Below are positions 58,136-64,000 of a stretch of DNA of 64,000 bases, piece after piece. A program made the position numbers and the translations under genes. A model generated the notes under the pieces. The model searched no databases and was not told the origin of the DNA. It saw nothing but the letters and a program-made list of their open reading frames with translations. This stretch comes from Candidatus Saccharicenans sp. (GTDB taxonomy: Bacteria > Acidobacteriota > Aminicenantia > Aminicenantales > Saccharicenantaceae): assembly GCA_017992175.1 (NCBI GenBank), contig JAGOPD010000005.1, positions 6,580-70,579 of the forward strand. Direction: 5' to 3'. The first letter of the stretch is position 1; every line of letters begins with the position of its first letter.

Positions 58136-58615
58136 ATGGGAGAAAAGATGAAAGAAGAAAAATGGCAGGAAGAGCTTGATCGTTATTTTCAAGGCTTGAG
58201 ACTCATTGAAAAGTCTCAAACCGAAGCCAGAGAACATTTCGACCAGTTCTGCGAGTTTATCGTCGAGCCAGCGGTTGAGGCTCTGGAAGATGAGTTCAAG
58301 CCTCATGGAATTAAAATCAAATATAGCCGGCAAAAATACAATCATTTTCATCTTCAGATCAACTTCCCCGGCAGCAAAGTTGATAACTTCCACTATCTGA
58401 TTTCTCTGCCCAAAAATTCGCTGGATTTAAGACTGATTTTAAAGACTTCCGGCCGGAAGGATAAAAAATCACCGGTATCAGGAGAAAAAGAAGGGCTGTT
58501 TTTACCGGGGGTAAAGCCGGAAGCAATTCTTAAACTGAGCAAGGAAGATATCATCCTGGACATCATTACCAAATTAAAGGAATTTAACTATACTGCCCGC
58601 ACCTCGCCTGACTGA
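58136..58615 (+). CDS. Hypothetical cytoplasmic protein (alternative start 58148 behind a GGGAGA RBS)
   Basis: ORF preceded by a perfect extended -10 TGCTATAAT (58119-58127). No recognisable family. Confidence 0.5.
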   Translation: MGEKMKEEKWQEELDRYFQGLRLIEKSQTEAREHFDQFCEFIVEPAVEALEDEFKPHGIKIKYSRQKYNHFHLQINFPGSKVDNFHYLISLPKNSLDLRLILKTSGRKDKKSPVSGEKEGLFLPGVKPEAILKLSKEDIILDIITKLKEFNYTARTSPD

Positions 58616-58867
58616 AACGGCGGACTGAGGCCAGGTCCTGTTTAAGGGGAGAAGGGGCAACTGGTAAACGGTATCAGAGCTGGTTCTGAGAGCTAAAGTT
58701 GAGGGCCGCCAGGAAAGTCGGCATCGTTCGGTGAGAAAAAAGTCTCCCAAATCCGTCTTTAAATCATAAATCATCTAAGCCTAATTGGGCAGGTAGAATT
58801 GATCGTATCTGGTCTAATAGTTATTGACTTCAACCCTGAAAAAATATTATTAAAGTAAAAACAGGCG

Positions 58868-61732
58868 ATGGGCGAAAGAAAAATGGGCAATGTTTTTGGG
58901 GTAAAAAAGATCATCGCCGCCGGGCTAATCTTTTTTGTCTATTCCTTCATTATGGCTGCCAATGATAGCAGGCCGGAGCGCGCCTCAAATATAGAAAAAG
59001 CCAGGCAGCTAAGGGCTGCCGGGAAATTTACGGAGTCAATTAAGATTCTTGAAAATGAAGTTAGCCAGAAGCCGGGCGGGCAATCTTCGCCGGAGCTGGC
59101 TGAGTGCTGGCTGAATTTAGCCCTAAATTACTGGAACCTGGGTGAAATCACCAGAGCTGAGAACGCCTTCATTTTTGTTCAAGCGCTGGCTGATAAAAAG
59201 GGGGAGGAGGCTATAAGAAATCAGGCAGACCTCAGCCTGGAGATTATCAGGTTATATCGGGAGGCTAAGCTCAAACGTCAGGAGAAAAAGTATCAAGAAG
59301 CAGAGGCACTGTTTCTTTCAGGTATCAATTTAGCCCAAAAATACGATTTAAAGGATATGGAGCTGAAATTATTGTTGCAGATTGGCTTGGTCTATCGTGA
59401 CCATGAAGATTTTGAAGGGTTTTTATCAGTAACCAACAAAGCTCTACAAATCGCGACAATGTTAAATAGTCACCAATACACTGTTATGGCTCTCAATAAT
59501 ATCGGTGTTTATTATTCCACAAAGAGACATTTATTTATGGGTCTTATTTATTTTCAAAAAGCTCTATCTCTGGCTGAAAAAGAAAATCTGATTGAAATCG
59601 TTCCGGAATGTCTGACCAATGTAGCTAACATCAGCTACCAGCTTGGCCAGTATTCACTGGCTGTTTATTATCTTGAAAAAGCTCTGAAGATTTTTGAAAA
59701 GCAGGATGATCTGGCTTCAACCATTTCAGTCCTTTATACCCTGGCTCTTTCAATCTACCGGCAAAAAGAGGGCAGCTCGGAATATTTTGCTAAGGAACAG
59801 CCTCAGGCTTTATTGAAGACAGCTCTGGAATTAAGCCGGCGGGCAAGAAATGAAACGTTAGAAGCCCGAATTCTCAATAATCTCGGCTATATTGCTATTA
59901 AGGACAACCTGGACCTGTCAGAGCAGTATCTGAAGCTGTCTCTGGCCAAAGGAGTTAAACTCAATGATAAGGAAGTTATCAGTTCTGCTCTGAATAACCT
60001 GGCTACCATTAACCTGAATAGAAAAAAGATAGTCCCGGCCCTAAGACTTTATAACCGGGCTTTGCAGGAAGCCCGGAAATTAAATAACTGGGAGGAAATT
60101 TGGAAAGATTGCGCCGGCCTGGCTGACTGTTATGAAGAGCTGGGCGATTATTCTCGGGCTCTGGCCTATTATCGGCAAGCCCTGATGACTTTTGAGAAGG
60201 TCAGAGATAACATTGGCCCCGACTTTTATAAGATAGGCTTTGACCACAGTAAAAGAAAAGTCTATGAAGGGTTAATCCGGATCCTGGTTAAGGTTAAAAA
60301 TAGCAGGCCTGACTCGGGGGTTGAGGAGGAACTTCTTAATACTTTAAATCAGATTAAGGCCAGAGTTTTCCTGGAGGAGATGGATACTCTCCAAAACAGC
60401 GAACTACAACCAAAGTCCCCGGAGGAGCTGGCTGAACTGGACAGGCTAATAAATGATTTTTTTAGCCGCAGTGACAATATAAAAGAGGGTGACTCCGGAG
60501 AGCTGCTCGAACTTGAAAACCGTTATTTGCAGCTCTGGCGGGCTGAATCAGATGGGGAAAATAGAACTGGAAACAATGATAATCCGGCCTGGCTGTCACT
60601 CGAAAATCTTCAGGAGAATTTTTTAGGCAGCGGCAAGATTATCCTTGACTATCTTTTAGGTCAAACTGAATCATATTGTTTTCTCCTCAGTCAGAATAAT
60701 TTCCTGGCTTTCTGCCTGCCTCCTGAAAAGGAGATCGAAAAATCAGTCAAGCTCTATATCAAGCTGCTGGCTGACCCATCTACTGAGCAGGAGGATCTGC
60801 TAAGAGTTGGAGTTGAGCTCGGGCGCCTGCTGTTACCTCAGCCAGGCAGCCTGCCCGCTGTCATAGAAAGCTTGACCATTATACCCGATGGGATTTTGAA
60901 TTATCTCCCCTTTGAGACTCTCCGGCTGTCAGGTGGTCAGACCGGCGGCCGGGAAGAATATCTGGTAGAAAAGCATCCGGTTTCCTATGGTTTTTCTTTA
61001 GCTGCCCTGTATAAATCAGCTCAAACCTCAACTCCTCATAGCTATAAAAAAGAGTTTCTTGGTTTTGGCAACCCTGCTTATGATCAAAAAGAAAAAGGGC
61101 AAATTCTTTCCAGGCTTTATTTTGCCGATAACCGCGGTTCCGGTTCGGAGCCGCAATTGGCTTCGCTGCCCTTTTCCCAGCAGGAAATTAAAAGTATTGC
61201 TGCTCTCTTTCCAGCCAAAACTTGTGATCTGTTCCTTCAAAAAAAAGCTACTGAAGATCAAATAAAGGCTCTTGATCTCAGCCAGTACCGGATCATTCAC
61301 TTAGCCTGTCATGGCCTGGTCAGCGAGCAATTTCCCTTAAGGTCTTCTCTTATCCTGACTGCCAGGAAAAACAGGCAGGAGGACGGTTTTTTAACTATCA
61401 GGGAGGTTTATCAGTTACGGCTCAAGTCTGAACTGGCCGTCCTGTCAGCCTGTGAGAGCAGCCGGGGCCTGGTGGAAAAAATTGAGGGGGTAATAGGCTT
61501 ACCGAGAATTTTCCTTCTGATCGGTTGCCGTTCCGTGATTTCTTCTCTCTGGGCAGTCAATGACCTGGCAACTCAAGAACTGATGCTGGAATTTTATCGC
61601 GGTCTGCTGACCGGTAAGGGCAGGTCCGAAGCTTTAAGGCAGGCCAAGCTAAAAATGATCAGATCTTCAAAATCACATCCTTATTATTGGGCAGCTTTTG
61701 TTCTGATAGGTGAAGCCAGAAATATTTATTGA
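58868..61732 (+). CDS. Exported TPR-repeat protein with C-terminal CHAT (caspase-like) protease domain
   Basis: N-terminal hydrophobic signal/anchor, many TPR-like repeats (LNNLG/YY..AL patterns), and a CHAT His (HLACHG) and Cys (LSACES) dyad. Confidence 0.88.
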   Translation: MGERKMGNVFGVKKIIAAGLIFFVYSFIMAANDSRPERASNIEKARQLRAAGKFTESIKILENEVSQKPGGQSSPELAECWLNLALNYWNLGEITRAENAFIFVQALADKKGEEAIRNQADLSLEIIRLYREAKLKRQEKKYQEAEALFLSGINLAQKYDLKDMELKLLLQIGLVYRDHEDFEGFLSVTNKALQIATMLNSHQYTVMALNNIGVYYSTKRHLFMGLIYFQKALSLAEKENLIEIVPECLTNVANISYQLGQYSLAVYYLEKALKIFEKQDDLASTISVLYTLALSIYRQKEGSSEYFAKEQPQALLKTALELSRRARNETLEARILNNLGYIAIKDNLDLSEQYLKLSLAKGVKLNDKEVISSALNNLATINLNRKKIVPALRLYNRALQEARKLNNWEEIWKDCAGLADCYEELGDYSRALAYYRQALMTFEKVRDNIGPDFYKIGFDHSKRKVYEGLIRILVKVKNSRPDSGVEEELLNTLNQIKARVFLEEMDTLQNSELQPKSPEELAELDRLINDFFSRSDNIKEGDSGELLELENRYLQLWRAESDGENRTGNNDNPAWLSLENLQENFLGSGKIILDYLLGQTESYCFLLSQNNFLAFCLPPEKEIEKSVKLYIKLLADPSTEQEDLLRVGVELGRLLLPQPGSLPAVIESLTIIPDGILNYLPFETLRLSGGQTGGREEYLVEKHPVSYGFSLAALYKSAQTSTPHSYKKEFLGFGNPAYDQKEKGQILSRLYFADNRGSGSEPQLASLPFSQQEIKSIAALFPAKTCDLFLQKKATEDQIKALDLSQYRIIHLACHGLVSEQFPLRSSLILTARKNRQEDGFLTIREVYQLRLKSELAVLSACESSRGLVEKIEGVIGLPRIFLLIGCRSVISSLWAVNDLATQELMLEFYRGLLTGKGRSEALRQAKLKMIRSSKSHPYYWAAFVLIGEARNIY

Positions 61733-62427
61733 TGGTCAAGTTTTACCTTTCTGACTGGTGATTCTATGATCCTTTCCCCGGGGCTATAGATTAAAATTTG
61801 CCAGAAAAAATGGCTATTGGTTTTAAGATTATCAGCTATCTCCTTTGGTAATCTGATCAAAGTATCAGTAACTGGCGAACTCTGCCAGACCAGATACATA
61901 TTGTGGTTGAACACCTCTACCTGGTAAAAGAGGGCCTCCTGGACGGGTTGCCATTTCAGGCTAATTACTACCAGAGGGGCCTCGCTTATTTCTTCTGACA
62001 TCATCAAATCATGGGCTTCTCTCGAGTTTCTTTCGACCTGCTGGCTTTTCCTGTCATTCAGGTTGAGAAAATAGAACAGGGAGAAAATGACCATGATAGC
62101 TGCCAGGGTAATTCCTGCCTGTTTTAGAAATGGAGCTGAAGGTAAAAGTGACCCGAGTTTCAGCCGGAAGGACTTTTTGGGCTTTAATAGTTGATCATCT
62201 ATTTCTGTCACCAGTTTTTCAGCCAGCCGCAAGAGCTCAAATTCCTGCTGGCAAGCTGGACAGTGAATAAGGTGATCAACAATATTTTCTTTAAGATCCA
62301 AACTGGCTTCCGGGTCAAAAAAACGGGCCAGCTCTTCGGGGGCCGGGCAATCCGCTCTCGATTTGTTTGTTTCTGTTTGTTCCTCAGATAAAAACAGGTT
62401 TTTAATGTTTTCGTCTTCTTTTTTCAT
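61726..62427 (-). CDS. Anti-sigma factor, zf-HC2 type, single-pass membrane (pair 2)
   Basis: H-x3-C-x2-C motif (HLIHCPAC), one TM (ITLAAIMVIFSLFYFL) and 26-nt overlap with the upstream ECF sigma gene. Confidence 0.7.
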   Translation of the reverse strand: MKKEDENIKNLFLSEEQTETNKSRADCPAPEELARFFDPEASLDLKENIVDHLIHCPACQQEFELLRLAEKLVTEIDDQLLKPKKSFRLKLGSLLPSAPFLKQAGITLAAIMVIFSLFYFLNLNDRKSQQVERNSREAHDLMMSEEISEAPLVVISLKWQPVQEALFYQVEVFNHNMYLVWQSSPVTDTLIRLPKEIADNLKTNSHFFWQILIYSPGERIIESPVRKVKLDHQ

Positions 62428-62983
62428 CTTTAAGACCCATTTCTTTCAAAATTTTTTTTAGGTCCTCCAGTCCACGGTAAAGAAGATTACGGGTTTTAGC
62501 CTGGCTGAAATTTAAATAATCAGAAATTTCAGGCAAACTCATATTCAGCAGGTAAAGCTTGACGACTGTTTTTCTGGAATCGATCAGATTATCGGTAGCC
62601 TTAATAATAATCTCCTTTAGCGAGCCCAGCTGTTCACTGTAAGGGCTTCCCTTTGGCTCTATCTCGGAAATTAATTTTTGCTTTTCAGAATAAAAAACCT
62701 CCTCTTCTCTCCTGATTCTCCTTATTTGATCAATCACAGCTGATTCCACCATCCTCTTTAAATAAGACGGGGGATAGGCAATAGTTTTCTCATCGTCAAT
62801 TATTTTCCAGACTTTCAATCTTATTTCTTGAATAAGATCTTCCGGCTCAAGACCGAAGCGCTGAAGATTGTATTTAAGAACATGAGATCTGATAAAACTG
62901 GAGAAGCTGGCCATTAGTTGGTTAAAGACTTTCTCTTTGTTTTCTCTGGAAGTCATCTTCAGTTCGATTTTCCGGCCTATCAA
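62402..62983 (-). CDS. ECF-type sigma-70 family factor (pair 2)
   Basis: Region 2 (EDLIQEIRLKVW) and a region 4 HTH (MSLPEISDYLNFSQAKTRNLLYRGLEDLKK). TTG start, with an alternative ATG at 62956. Confidence 0.78.
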   Translation of the reverse strand: MIGRKIELKMTSRENKEKVFNQLMASFSSFIRSHVLKYNLQRFGLEPEDLIQEIRLKVWKIIDDEKTIAYPPSYLKRMVESAVIDQIRRIRREEEVFYSEKQKLISEIEPKGSPYSEQLGSLKEIIIKATDNLIDSRKTVVKLYLLNMSLPEISDYLNFSQAKTRNLLYRGLEDLKKILKEMGLKDEKRRRKH

Positions 62984-63130
62984 TGTTATAGATGATTAAG
63001 GCCGGCCTTTTTTCTCACCTTCTAAAAATATTTTTTGGACTAAGGCCTTCGAGGTCTAAAGAAACTTATTTTATTAAAAGCCGTTTCTTTCTGCCAGAAA
63101 GATTTTTTCAATTTTTTAAAAATCAATTTC

Positions 63131-63159
63131 TTGACTGTCAGTCTTCTTTTTATTAACAT
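63131..63159 (+). promoter_or_regulatory. Putative promoter TTGACT-17 nt-TAACAT upstream of the GT2 gene
   Basis: Hexamers at 63131-63136 and 63154-63159, about 50 nt upstream of ATG 63208. Confidence 0.3.
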
Positions 63160-63207
63160 CAAAATAAAGCTTGGTTTTTCAAGCTGCCATCTTTTATCTA
63201 AAGAAGG

Positions 63208-64000
63208 ATGAAAAATATAAAAAGAGTCCGGCCGTGGCATCCAGAGAAAGGTCTGATCTTCGGTTTAATCAGCTTCATTTTTGTGGCGGTGACGGCTTAT
63301 GAGCTGGAGATAATACCTTTCTGGGTTGGCTTCATTGGCAGTTCAAGCCTGATTAAAATCCTTTCTTATCCTTTTCTGGCCTGCTTGATTATCCTTTTTC
63401 TGGGTCTAGCCTTTAGAGTAAGTTTGTGGCTGAAGTACCGGCCGGAGACTTTAAGGACAGTTGAACTGCTTGATTTCCCCTCTGTTTCAGTGGTGATGCC
63501 TGCCTACAACGAAGAAAAACTGGTCAGCCGGGCAGTTGAATCTGTTCTCCAAAGTGATTATCCAGATGATAAGCTGGAACTGATCTGCATCAATGACGGT
63601 TCGACTGATAAAACCCTGGCTGTGCTCGAAGGCCTGCGCCGGAGGGATCCGGCCAGAATAAAAGTTATAAGTTTTGAGCGAAACCTGGGGAAAAAAGAAG
63701 CCCTGTTCAAAGGGATCAAAGAAGCCCGGGGCCAGATTATCATCACTACTGACGCCGACAGTCAGCTCCAGCGCCGGGCTATCAAAAACCTGATTTTGCC
63801 ACTGATCTCTGATGAGCGAGTCGGAGCAGTAGCCGGCAAAGTTTCTGTCTTGAATGAGAATAAGAACCTGATTACCAGGATGCTATCGGTTCGCTTTGCC
63901 CTGTCCTTTGACTTCGGGCGTGCCTATCAGAGTGTTTACGGCGGCGTCCTCTGCTGCCCGGGAGCGCTCAGTGCCTTTAGAAGGAAGAGCCTGTTGAAGA
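63208..64000 (+). CDS. Family-2 glycosyltransferase, processive NodC/HasA/chitin-synthase-like (3' partial, not in the ORF track)
   Basis: My own translation gives MKNIKRVRPW..., two N-terminal TM helices, then VSVVMPAYNEE, NDGSTD, TDADS and GGVLCCPGALSAFRR motifs. The frame is open to the window end, with an AAGAAGGA RBS. Confidence 0.8.
   Translation, partial: MKNIKRVRPWHPEKGLIFGLISFIFVAVTAYELEIIPFWVGFIGSSSLIKILSYPFLACLIILFLGLAFRVSLWLKYRPETLRTVELLDFPSVSVVMPAYNEEKLVSRAVESVLQSDYPDDKLELICINDGSTDKTLAVLEGLRRRDPARIKVISFERNLGKKEALFKGIKEARGQIIITTDADSQLQRRAIKNLILPLISDERVGAVAGKVSVLNENKNLITRMLSVRFALSFDFGRAYQSVYGGVLCCPGALSAFRRKSLLK

Overview
Dense chromosomal window from a diderm (Gram-negative-type) bacterium. 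By eye it has moderate GC, standard code, very high coding density and many 4-8 nt gene overlaps. Gene content (Lpt, Tol-Pal, SurA-like chaperones, a TonB-dependent-type barrel with a carboxypeptidase-regulatory-like N-domain, sigma-54 with a permease-less PTS, b/b' ATP synthase) fits an Acidobacteria, Deltaproteobacteria or candidate-phylum lineage, but I cannot assign the taxon from sequence alone. Left to right: lptA-lptB-rpoN-hpf-ptsN-hprK-rapZ-EIIA(Man)-HPr-ptsI; a minus-strand tolQ-tolR-tolA-tolB-pal-cpoB operon that continues into ssb and a cupin gene; trkH-trkA; a DUF1998/MrfA-type helicase divergent from an unusually short uvrA; holB-ricT; ECF sigma/anti-sigma pair 1; an HD-GYP protein; ftsK; rsmA; an orphan receiver protein; accD-folC; atpF'-F-H-A-G-D-C; an NPPY methyltransferase; a VKOR-DsbA fusion; a saccharopine-dehydrogenase-like gene; a secreted lipoprotein and secreted C26 amidotransferase-type hydrolase divergent from a TonB-dependent-type receptor; mfd; two parvulin chaperones; pdaD; envC-like/S41-like/yibQ-like envelope cluster; glycerate 2-kinase; a hypothetical gene; an exported TPR-CHAT protein convergent with ECF sigma/anti-sigma pair 2; and a partial processive GT2 synthase. 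I found no rRNA, tRNA, CRISPR array, transposase, integrase or obvious prophage or defence island. The best candidates for undescribed biology are the exported TPR-CHAT protease coupled to an ECF pair whose anti-sigma sensor domain is paralogous to that of pair 1; an S41 protease homologue with both catalytic residues replaced, in the conserved envC-ctp-yibQ cluster; a UvrA lacking the insertion domain; a receiver protein with Glu at the phospho-acceptor position expressed from an apparently leaderless transcript; and a secreted C26 hydrolase/lipoprotein/TonB-receptor locus. All functional calls rest on motif recognition and remembered family knowledge. No database search was run.
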